Shown here: piece after piece, positions 1 through 13,100 of the stretch | How the letters are laid out: each line of letters opens with the position of its first letter | Position numbering within the stretch: the first letter of the stretch is position 1 | NCBI GenBank assembly: GCA_012295275.1 | Contig: CM022665.1 | Location: 1,612,001 to 1,676,000 of the forward strand | Direction: 5' to 3' | DNA from: Chrysomallon squamiferum | Lineage: Eukaryota; Animalia; Mollusca | Length of the DNA stretch: 64,000 bases | Notes under the pieces: model-generated | The model's input: the letters and a program-made list of their open reading frames with translations, nothing else | Told to the model about the DNA's origin: nothing | The model's database searches: none | Program-made: the position numbers and the translations under genes

Positions 1-110
1 CAGTATCCAAGTAAATAAATGACATGGTTTTTTATTTGCTTTAACATTGCTTACATTTTAAGTGATTTTTTATCTTCTTTCATTCTAAATGAAATTCTGT
101 TTATAAATAC

Positions 111-3100
111 CTTTTTTGTTTTATGAGTTCTTCTCCAGAGTGTTGAGAAGATTCCATCAGTCCAGTCATTGGTTGCCACATCCAGACGGCCAAACATTTG
201 TGGTGCAGTTATAGCTTTAGGATTCATCCTCATCTCTTTATGTGGAACACCACACTCAGTCATTGCCTTCATCAGAGTTTGAATACATTTTGTTTTGCCA
301 GCACCTGTTGGCCCAAGAGCCATCATTCCATGACGTACACACTGAGTCTCATACAACTGAATCAGCTTCAATATCCAAGGCTTATGCTGAATAAGTCCTG
401 CAGCATCAATCTGCACAACAAAAACAAAATATAGAATGAATAAAAATTTGGAAATGACACCACTTCAAACTGCTGTTCATAAATTTAACACCACTTTGAT
501 GTCAAATACTTTTGTGTATTATTATTAAAATGGTAAAATAATTAACACTTTATCATTTATACTATTAAGATAACATTTACAAAATTAAAAGTGAATATTT
601 TTGGTATAGTTAGAATTGTGGTGAGTATTTGTTGTTTTTAATCATCAATGAATAACATGTTTTGGGAACCAAAGAAAGTACATTCTTTTAAGCATATTAA
701 CAGAAATGATTTCAGTAATGCAGTAACAGGATCAGTATATTTATTTATTAACCTGGTGATCTATAGCAGCTTCCATTTCTGGGTAGCCAGCCTTATCAAG
801 TGTCATGCCAGGGAAAAGATCATCAATCAGAGACATGAAAAGTGGCTCATCTTCATCCACCTGCAAGTAAACAGCTAATTACATACCCTTTCAAAAACCA
901 TTTTACAAAATTTAATATAATAGATATAGGTACATATAAAATATCAGAATCTGCTAACAGCTAAATAATTTACACTATCACTAGTCAAGGCAAGTATTTT
1001 GAAATATAAACTTAATCTTCACAGATTTTTTCCTAAGATAAATACCAGCTATGAAATCAATTTTATTATTCGTTTTTCTCTTTCTTGACAGTTTTTTTTG
1101 TTTTAGTTCTGTTGAAAGATTTCACCAGTAAAGTGAATTTATCTGAATTCTATGAAATAATTTTCTTCTGTTACGACAATTTCTATAAAATGCTTACCAG
1201 TTTTGAAAGGTTCATATCTCTCAAGACTCTCATCACAATGGTAGGTTCACTGTCTTCTGGATTTGATCTCTTGAAAGACCCAAGTGTTCTTAGTACTGAC
1301 AAGATGTTCCTGAGACCAAAATCATAATGAACCTAAAAATCAGAAAATTAATAAAATATTAATAATTTACATTCATTTTTATGTAATGGAAAGAAAACCA
1401 GAAAATTAATCACATGTTGTAAAACATAAAAACAGTTCTTCCTTAGTTTACATTTTCTTCAGTAAGACTTAAGTTTTTATTGAAAACATCTGTTTATGAA
1501 ACTTTAAGTCTTAATAGGAAACAGCTGTAGGACAAATAAACACATGCCTGTTTACTGAGCTGCTCTTCACAAAGTTTGTAGAGTGTGTAGAATTTTTTCG
1601 ACAGCACAACGTTCTGCAGAAAGCCACATGAAGCAAGTTTCACTCGGATGATAATGGCTCGATCTGGAACCATCATGGCCACTGTACGGAAGTTGATTTT
1701 CAAATTCTCTGGCAGCTCTTGACGGCCAGCATATCCAGGATTCTGTAAAACATTTATGTCATTTGATCTATTATGTACTACTGACCATCAGTGAAGAATA
1801 ATAATGGAGAACAGAAACAAAGTGCTGAAATAGTGAGTATGATGGATACATAAAGACAAAATTATACATGAAAGAAGACACTAGTCTGAATTATAACAAT
1901 TAAAATCTCACCTAAATAAATGTTTTTATATGGGATAAATGCTTTGAATTTCAAAAATATATATTTATTTACAGTGATTTTAAAAATACCTTCTGCTTTT
2001 CCAGTGAAAACCAATATGTTAGAAGGTATCCAGCTATATAGTTTACAATAAATACATATTTTTACCATGGTCAAGAAAATGCCAAACTCAGGATCCATGT
2101 CCACACTATCTCCATCAGTAAAGATAAACTGAACTTTTCTTTCTTTTTTGCAGGCCAGTACAATGGCAATCTGCTGGGCTGCCACTGACAGCACAGGTAG
2201 GTCAATCCTGTTGAATTCATCAAAGCAACCCCAAGCTCCTGACTGAGCCAATCCTGAATTTAAAAATTGTAACAGTCAAGAATATTTTAAAATCATGTGG
2301 TCTTAAAATTCTATTTTCCAGACATCAGTCTCAAAACTGAAAAAAAAAATTATTTAATGTATATGAATTAAAATATTTGCAACTTCCAACTGTTTCTTAT
2401 TCTTTGTTTTTCTTTGTGAACTTTATTATTATTTTGTTTTAATGTTTATAAACTATTTTTAGTTTTCATCAGTTTTTAAAGCAATTAAATATACACATTT
2501 TTACATATACATTTATGTAGTAATTTTAAAATTTTCAAAAAAATATCAAGTAAGAAATAAACCTCTGAAAATATCAGATAACAATACCTTTGTAAATCCT
2601 GCCCAGACCTCTGTAGTCCATCTGATCAGAGCAGTTGAAAACAACAACATACTTTCCAAGACATCGGCCCATGTCTTTCACTGACTCAGTCTTTCCAGTA
2701 CCGGCAGGGCCAGCAGGTGCTCCACCCAGAGACATTCCTAAAGCCTGAGCTAGAGTGATGTAACACCTGGTGGCAGAAAAATAACAATCAAAGAACTGCA
2801 CTTACTACATCCCAATAACTAAAACGGTATCAAGCAGATATTAATATACAAGTTTTAATTATCTTTTTAAATTGTGCTGAATTCTTTTTGTTTGTTTTTT
2901 TAACTAAAGATATACTGCATTTAGAAATATTTTTATTCAAATCAGTTTGCTAAAAACAAACATTCATGAAAACTACAAGTTAATTCTGTTGGTTTTACTT
3001 GTAAAATAAATTTCTAAATCTCTTTTGTCCAGATATTAATATTATATGTTTTACTGACAATTATTTTTATAGACATTTTTATAATCTTAACAGAGGAAAA

Positions 3101-4117
3101 AGATAAAATAAAATAAACATTAAAAAACCCATTAAAAGTAAAACGTAACAATTTGTGAATATACTATGTGCTCTATATTAATTCTACTAATGGTCACCTG
3201 TCAGTGAGTGGTGTGATGACCAGTCTCTCAGTACAGCCCAGAAACTCATTCTGGTATGTAAAATCCACATCTGTAATTGAAATTAAACACTGGTCCACAT
3301 CCTCTTTGAAATAAAATCTTGATTGTTTCAGCCACTCAAAGTCATTCAGTGATTTCACATGGAACCGAACCTAAATACAAAGTGACACTAATATAAATAT
3401 TATGTACAGATGCAGACTTAATTCAGTAACTAACTGGGAGTTCTTTTATTCAAGTATTAGATAATATATACAAAAAAGCAATTAGTCATCTTTCTGAATT
3501 ATTTGAATCTATATTCGTGTGAAATCTATTTTACTTCAAAATACCTGTTTTATCATTTGCAGTATTATAATATTATACTGTGGTCTGTATTATTCAGATC
3601 TACTGATCTTTAACAATTACTTTAATAATCAGTTTCCTATTCATTCAACTGATTTGATGTTTAATGGAATTTTTTGAAATGTGAAACTATGGATACAAAA
3701 CATACCAGATCATCAAAGATATCTTTCTGATGGACATGAATGGTGATGAGTGTCTCATATTTTGTCCTCTCAATCTTGGTTAATTCTTTTGTGGTTTGGT
3801 CAATCAAGACATTCAGCAAGTCCAAGAATTTCTGGTTTGTGTTCTGCATTATTTTCTTGTCAACACGAGCACTGTTAATAGCATCCTCTGCATCATGGGT
3901 CCATGACATTTGTAGTCCAAGAAGACCAACCTAGCAAAAGTAGATGAAATATAAGCATGTTTAAACACTTGTTTCTATATTTTTTTCAGATGATACTGCT
4001 TTTATAAACATGAAGTAACTGGTGAAATTATTCTTGAGACTCGGGTAAAAATTCCATAATATTAATCTGATATTAAATGTGTAATAGTGACTGTCTTTAT
4101 AAATTTGAGGGTTGTTT

Positions 4118-4151
<34 letters not shown>

Positions 4152-7100
4152 TAGACAAGTCAGAAATTTCATTCAGCTTATTATTACAAGAAGAACAAAG
4201 TCTATTTCTTATCATTAATGGGTTTTTTTTTGGGGGGGTATACATTTAATTTTATACAAATACCAACAGTCAATAATTAAGTTATTTTGCTATGACATGT
4301 TAATACACATTTTTGATGAGAAGTAAGAATAAATAAAAACAATAACCTGTGAAGGATAGGTGTTTTCAAATTCAAGAATGTTAAATCCAGGATCTTGAAT
4401 GGCAACAGAAGCTGTTCGAATGATGCTGTGCAAAGTTCCCCTGCTCACACGCAGCAGGTCACCCAGCCAAATCTCTACATTGCCCTGTGCATTTACTGGT
4501 TCAACAAGATTAACCTCTTCACCTTCTTGTGAAATCAAACCAAGTATCTTGTCATAAACTTTTTCATCAAACTTGACATTTTTTGTGTTGTCAAACACAC
4601 TCAGCAAATGAGCCTGATAAATAATACAAAATGAAAAAAATTAATAAGCTTTAAAACCATAAAATTTTATGAAATATTTAATGATAAATGCTTATAGCAT
4701 GTCCAATGAAATAAAAATGCATTTAAACTATAAATTATTTGATATAATAAAACTATTTCTGTGAAGAAAAATTAAGAAAAAACAAAGCATATAAAATATG
4801 TGTTCATAAATCCAATGATAAACATTCTAATCAGGTTCAGATATCCTAAAGATTAATGCATATAGATATACAATTCATATAGAAAGACATACCTGAATGG
4901 TGTGGGAATCACTGGCCTGACCAAGAATTTCCAGCAATGCAGGATCTGACACAAAAAAGAATCTGGGAAAAACAAGACGTTTTTTCTCAAGGTAGCCAGT
5001 AAGTGACTTCTGGCAGATCTCAAGCTGTTCCAGCAGATGAGGCAGCAACTGACTGAGAGTGTCATCCCCAACACAGCAAATGATCACATTGGCATTTTCA
5101 TGAGCACGGGCCATGATCTTCTGCCACGACTTGTCAATATTGGCAAAACGTTTTGCTTCCTGCAGAGAGAAGGTAAACAGATGTAGTGGACAGTCAAATG
5201 TAACAGATTTTGTTTTTGTACCACATTTTTATTTGGGAGAGGTTACATATCCTTTATTTTATATTTTTTTTATTTTTTTTAAATTCAAAAATATTTTGGT
5301 CTAGAATTAAAATAATGAAACTACTAAAAAGGAAAGGTTACAGAAAGTTAAGTTCTTCTGCCTAAACCCCAAAAATTAAATTTTCAATTTTTGTGTTATT
5401 TTTAGAAGAAACATTTACTACTACACTTTTGAGATAGGTAGAGTGGAAGAAGCCTTCCTGGATCATATTACCATTTATATAATCAAAGAACAAAATTAAT
5501 TTATTACCTGTGGCAACTGTTTGGCAATGTCACCACCAACAAATACAGCCTCTAGGTAAATCCAGAGATTCTGTACGATCAGCCAACTCTCAATAATCTC
5601 AGTAGTTCCAGTTAGCTTCTGAACCCATTCCTGAATGGTGGGCTTGAATGGTGCATTATATCTACAAAGTGTAAAACATTCAATATACAATTCATGTTAA
5701 TTATGTTAAACATATTTCACACTGAAAAAATTAAATTAGCTACAGAATTAAGATGGACTGGTTGTTAGAGATAATTTAATTGTTATAAAAATGCAATCAC
5801 AAAGCCACAAACATTAACTGTAAAATATCTGAAAGTGTTTATTAACCTGTTACTGAGCAATGAACCAAGGACCATTAAACTGTCTTCCATTAGAGCCACA
5901 GTTTCTGAGGTAGTGTCACCTGAAAATAAACATAAAACATTTATTTATTTATTTACTACAATAATCAAGAAGATGTGCTGTTGATTTGTTGATATTTTCT
6001 ATTTATTATGTTGTTTCGTTTGGGTTTTTTGTTTTTGATATCTGACAAGAAGTTTTAAAAGCCTGGATGATTTACCCTTGAGCAGAAGTTCTCCTCTTGT
6101 CTTGAAGTTGGCAAACTGGAAGTCCTGAGCACTCCAGTCGTTAATAACTTGTTTCAGCTTAGCCTCAATATCCTTTTCTTTCACAGCTGAGATGCATATA
6201 TCCTGTATTAAAGAAATTAAACATACAATTATACTCCAACTTTTTTTTTATAACCTCAAAGATTAAAGAGACAACAATGCTGATGCTAAATTTTTTTCCC
6301 CAAATCTTGCCCTGACATATTTTATATGTTCATTTTTGAAGTTAAATGATTTAAAATATTTTCATTGAAGACAACACAGAATATGTAAATAAATGACTAT
6401 TTAAAGTAAAACAATCATTCAAAACTCAGTCAAATAGAAATTTCAGTATATAAAACTAAAATAACTCACCTCTATTTCTTCTTTAAACTGCAGCAATGGT
6501 GCTTGCATTAGGTCTCTGAGCTGGAAGTTTTCAGATTCTACATCCAGGGTATGTCCAGTTATCTGAGAAATTCTCTCCCAGTGACGAGGCTGCATTGCTT
6601 TGTTTGCCATCATCTCCAACAGGGGACAGGTCTCATTGAAGTCATCAATAGTCCTTCGCAGTTCATCATAGGCCTGCCATTCTTTCAAGGCTTTTGGCAG
6701 TTTGCGACATCTGTCAGAATGATATTAAATTAAAGCGAACATGTATACTTAGATGTTTACAAGTAAGTGGTAATTTTTATTTATTTTTATTTTATTAATT
6801 TATTCCTTTTTTTTTTAATTCTGTTAAAATGGATTTGATTTTAAAATATCCGACACATTAATACACCAGTTCTTATAAAGAAATATTCATGAACTGTTGA
6901 ATAAAAGGAAAGACCTATGCTCAGTGGACATTGTTTATTATGAAAAATGCTAATTCTATTTAATTTGTTTGTTTTTTGTTGTTTTTTAAATGTTTTTTAA
7001 CTAAAATTCTACATTAATCTTTAAATATATAATACCTGTTCTGAAAATCCAGAAGTTCTGTGTTAATTTTTTCAATGTCAATTTCTGACCACAGAATGTC

Positions 7101-10100
7101 ATAGTAGCCACTGACATTTTCAAGGACAGCATTGTACAACTGGTAAAGTTTCTGAAGTAGGTTCAATTCCTTGCGGATTCTCATTAGATCTGGGTACTCA
7201 GTGACAGGAAGACCAAACAGCTCCTCTCCACCACTGTATGTGACATATTTACTCCACAATTCATCAAATGTTGCTTGATAGATATTGAGACGGTCTGAAG
7301 CTTCCCTTGGTGAAATGCCCTCTTCCATAGGTCCTCTGAAAATGTTTGTGTTTGTTTAAATTTAGCAAAATATTTCATTGTGAAAATTTTTATTATCAAA
7401 TGTATAGCTTTCAGGTTAATCAAAGTCTTATTACATAGCCTGTTTTAAAGAGGTTTCCAAAGTGTAAATACATGAATCTTATAGGATGTTAAAAAGTCTC
7501 AACTAACATTTCAGCACTCTTCATTTTTTGTGTTTGCACTTTAAAACATTATCTTACCTTTCATCATAATCACCAACATAATTGTTGACATCCCCAACAA
7601 ACTGTTGGACTTTGTTAAGAAGATCTGCCTTGTAAGCTGGCTGAATTTTCATCAGATGTTCCTGGACAGTTGTAGCCTGAAATAAACAATTACTACTAGA
7701 CTTCTTAATCAGTACTCCAAACATTCTAAACTAATATTTCATGTTTTAATTTCAAGCATTTAGATGTAATATTTTACAAAAACTTTTTTTTTTTTTTTGA
7801 CCAACTTATTTTGTTAATTAAAATATTTTGGTGCAGAAAATCCATCCATATTCTGGACTACACAACTTCCAGATTACTCAGTATTTAAACACATTCAATA
7901 CACAGCAAAAATTCAGGACATAAATTTCAGTTATTACAGATTCTATCATTTAGTTCATTATTTTAATACCTGTCTATATAAAAAAAAAAAACTGTTTTTT
8001 ACCTGAGCAATCAGTTTCTTCCATCCATAAGCCAAAGTGTCAACTCTCTCAGCATTGCCATCATTGAAAAAGATGTTGTATCGATGAAGGAGAACATATG
8101 TTTCCTCAATAGGAGTGATTGTCATGTCGATGCGAACCTCATTGTTGCGGATTTCACCGAGTGCTGCCATGGCTGCACGGACATCATCCAAGTCTTTGAT
8201 TGGTCTTTGAAGTCTCTTCATGAGGTTGTCAATGAACTCAAGAATTTCATCCATTTCTCGTGCACACTTATCATTGAGGGCCTTAGCATAGGCTAGCTTC
8301 CACGTGCGAGTCTCAGTGATGAGTGCAAATATGAGTGGTTCGGTTGAAAGCAACACTGAACCAACTCGGAAACTTGGCAAAATTTCTTCCACCTCCTGTT
8401 CAAGTCGCTGAAGAAAGAAATATTTAAAACCAATTTTAACATATTTAGAGTTTTTTTTTTTTTTTTTTATATATATATAAATGGGTCATTAATCTATTAA
8501 ACACATATATTTGAAAAATGTTAATAATGACTTACTGAGAAAAAAATTATAATTTGGTGAGATCAGTGGTTTTGTAATATTCATAAAGAATATTATTGTT
8601 AATTTCTGAAATTAGGATAAGTTACTTTAAAATAAACCATATAATATAAAAAAAAAAAGTTAAATAACAATGCAATTGTATTAACTAATATATAAATAAA
8701 TTAATTAATAACTCACCTGATAATATCTGATCTGAGCTTCTATTTCAGACATGATTGGTTTGCTGGCCATAAATTCCTTCACTTTAGTTTCAGGTTCCTG
8801 AAAAAAAAGAAACAAAAACATTTTGTCACATTCTCTCTTTGTGTTTAATATAATTAGGACTTTTTCACATTTTTAAAACCTATGTCAGATATTCTGTCAT
8901 TATGTTTTAATGAATAATAAAATATACCAAGTATGGTGAGTTCTTAACAAATAATTTTAAATCTGAATTTGGTTGGAATGGAGCTAATTACTATACTAAA
9001 AATTCATTCACTAGCCCATATCCAATTACACTAGTGGCATTCCCTTCCTGTCAAAAGTATACAAAATCATCAAATTACAGACAAATAAAGAAATGTGTAA
9101 CAATTTTAATCTAATTTCTGTTCAAGATGGACATGTAAGAAAGGTTTTACCTCAGTCCAGAGCTCTGAGTATTTGGTGAAGGTGTTGATAGATTCCTGGA
9201 CATCACCCTTGAAGGTGCTGATGATAGAGTTGAGCTGGATGACAATCTTCACAATGTCTTTGTGTTCACTGATCACTTTGTGCAGTGGTTTGGCTTGGCT
9301 TGTTGGCACAAACTTGGACCCTTCTTCACTCTCAGCAGCCAGAGCCAATTCTATTTCCTGTGAAGGTGGAAGTTATGTTTTTAATCTGTTCCTTATTTTT
9401 AGCAAAGTGATCATTTTTTATTTCTTTATGTATTTATGAAGTATAATATTGTAAAAAAGAAATGATGATAATAAAATTAAATAAATAAATAAATAAATAT
9501 TCAAATAATACTGAAATATTAATGATCAAAATTAAAAGAAAATACAGTTTCAACAGCATTACTAAATAACTGTCTCTTTATCATTGACTTTAACCCATAA
9601 ATATGTTTTCCTATTTAATCTATTAATTTTCAAAATAAAGCAAAGTTGGGTATCCCATGTTGAAGAAAACTATTTTAAATTTATATAACAAAATTATTTG
9701 TTATCTATTATAATGTTAATTATTTCTGGAAGTTACCAGTAAATTGTTTTTTTGACAGTTTCTGTTTGCTTTTATAAAAATTATGTCTTTAACATTATCT
9801 TCTTGCATTAAGTTCTTGTTTTCTAGCATTCAGTAATCAGATTTAAATAAAAGAATAATAAAAATGCATCATTAAGAAAATACTGTATTCACACCAAATT
9901 GTAGAAAGTATTTTCAAAAGTAACTGATACCAGAAACAATGCATTTGAAAATAAGTGTGAAACTGCTATCTAAAATAAATGAACAGAAATGAATTTAGCT
10001 ATTTTGGATGCCTGAGATGAAGCATTATTTAAAATTCTACTTACTAAGTTACATTTCATTTTTTAAGTAAATTTTAAGAGTTTAGTTATTAATGATGTGT

Positions 10101-13100
10101 GTGTGTGTTTGTGTGGGGATGTAGGTGGATGAGTGTGTGTGTACTGTGTGCATGCATGTGCATAAATGTATATGTAATATAAATATTGAGATAGAAAATT
10201 ACTTTCTAATTTTTATACTGTATGAGTTAGAAAAAAAAATAAGATGATTTAATTATTTCTGATAATTAAAAATTAGGGTTATGTCCATAAATTTTCTACT
10301 AAAATTGATAGTAACAGCTAACAAAGAAATTCACTATCTAAAAAGGACTAAAAAGAAGCAAAGAATTTTACCAAGAAATGAAAAACTAAAATAAAAAGGT
10401 GTAACAGTAGGTTCTACTAAAGCCTCACCACCAGAACAGTTCACTAACCTTCCTGTGTAGCACATTATGGGTTGACTAAAACAGTCAATAGACATTAATC
10501 AGGATTATGATAATGCCTTTAATATCATCATTTCATCTTTTAGGATACCCATTATTTTAGCTTCCAACCACATACATACGCAAATAAATACAAAAACTAA
10601 TCACAGAAACATCCATATTAAATAAAAACAGAAAAAAGATATGAGGTATTTTTCAAAAATGAAGCTTTAAAAAAGACCCAACAACATTAAAATATAAAAT
10701 GAGAAATGAAATAGCAATATTCAAAGTTAATTAAATTGCTTGGTTTGCTCTGTGTAGGGGTGTGGTATGTGTGTGTGTGTATATGTGTGTGTTTTTTTAT
10801 TTATGTGTGTTAGCATTTATTAATATCTGAATATAAACAGTGAAGAATTTGGTTAGAAACTGAAAGCTAAAGAAAACAAAACTAAATAAAAAAAAAATAA
10901 AAAAAAAAGAAAAAAGTAATGTTATAAAAAAATATGGATAATAATATAATACAAATCATGTTAGTCATTAACAGAATTAGTTAATTAAATCCAATAACCA
11001 GCCTGCATTGTTTAATGATTACAACAATATATGTAATTTTACTTTATTATATTAAATCCTTTTTTTAAGCTGATATTTCATCTTCTTGTGTTATTTTACA
11101 ATATTGACAGTGAATCTGTTTTAGAATAAATAAAAAATATATATCAAAGTTACTCTATACTCAGAAGGAATGACCATGCTATGTTTTATTAAAATTGTCA
11201 TAAACAGAACTAAATGTTAGAAACATAAAATAGTAATACAAATTTTAAAATATGAATGGTAATATCATGCAATATAAAGAGTTAAGAAACTTTTAATAAA
11301 ATATTTCTAGAAAGATAAGTTGTATAAGCTTATACTATCTTTAAAATATTATTAATGTTATATGTAGTTTGATGTGCATTCATATAAAATTTAAAACAAT
11401 AAGTCACGAGACCTTTTCACAAACAAATGTTCACACAATATCTATAAACAAATCAAATTTAAGAAATGAAGATATATTTTTTTAGTATAACTGAATAAAA
11501 TCCAAATAAAAAAACATTTTAAAATGTATCTCCATGCACATCAAACACACATTTTCTTTTTACCTAAGATTTTATTTTTTTTTTTTAAAAAGAAAATTAA
11601 AGCTATATGCCAATGAAACATTTAACTAGCCCTGCTACAATGAAATGACAAGAAAAACTGGTGTAAATGTTTTAGTCAAATCATTTTACTTTTATTTCCA
11701 AAATGAAATATTAAGCACAATTATGAAAAGCATGGATGTTGAACCCTTTTGTATTCAAATCAATGTCAGGTCAAATTATCCTTATTTATATAAAAATGTA
11801 ATAGAAATAAAAAACAGTCCAACAAAACTGAATCAAAATGTTTAATGTTACAACTGAACCTCAGTTAAGATGTGTTAACACCAGTTTTTCTGTTTGACTT
11901 TTACCATAAATACCTTGATATTTATTTATTTCTTCCATGTTTCATCTTATATTGTTCTATCCCTAATTTAACAGAAGCATGTATTATCATTTGAAAATAC
12001 AAAAATAATAAAAGAAAGCGTACATTTGAATTTTCAAACTGATTAATGGTAAATTCATATTTATTTTGAAACTGAATACTAATACACACTGAAGACACAC
12101 TGAAGACAATTTGATTATTTTAAGCATGAACATATCAATTATTGAAAAAAATTGAATGCCATATGTTAGTGGTGTTCATCAAATATATATAGGTGCTGGT
12201 AAACTTTTATATTTTAGTTAATTCACACACAAAACTGAAAACTTGGGATTAATAAAGTGTTAGGAATATATTCTTGCATGATATGTTATGTTATTTAATG
12301 AACTTAAAATACCATTCAATACATGTTTATTCCAAGGGATGTTTTTGTTGATCATCAGCAAGAGGTCTTTAATATGACATTATCAGGTTTTGATAACTTA
12401 GTGGGTATTGATTGGTAGTTGATAAAATCAGCACTTAACTGAACCATGATTGTCTGACCCTTCATGCCATAAACCAGAATTCTAGTCCCATTAATTTAAT
12501 GTGAATGATGCACATAAATAAGTGTTTTAACATTTTAAAAGAAAACAATTTATTTAAAGTCAAACATTTCAACCCTACACTATAACAGGGTTTTTTTTAA
12601 TAAATGACAGCCCACTGATACAAGCTTTACTAATGCTATTTACTGTAAGAATTTAATTTGAACAGCTAAATGAAAGAAAAGGGATATTTATTTAACAATT
12701 TTATTTTATTTTTAATGATATAATGACTCAATTCAGCTTTGAGATTTATGAATAACAAATGATTCTAAACCAGTTCCAATTAATTTGTGACAGAAATTTT
12801 TTCTGTAATAGCGATTTAAAATATTAATGATATGCTGACTTAATTTTATTTTGACACCTCACATAAAATAAAGAGACCTAAAAATGAATACCAATTACAA
12901 TTTTTTTAACATTTTACATCACTGTTTTTATTAAAATGTTATGCAAACCATTTTAACCAAAATATGATCACAATCAACAGAAACATTTCTCAAAATAATG
13001 TAATTTACCTTTTGCTGTATCCTCTGTTGTACCAGCTGATGATCCCACTGAGGGATATCCTGAGAGGCCTTCAGAATGATCTGTACTGCTTTGTTTAGTG

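Noticed and set aside
11558-11570. AG|GT juxtaposition suggesting a recursive splice site
   Set aside because: It is preceded by poly-A rather than a polypyrimidine tract on the transcribed strand.
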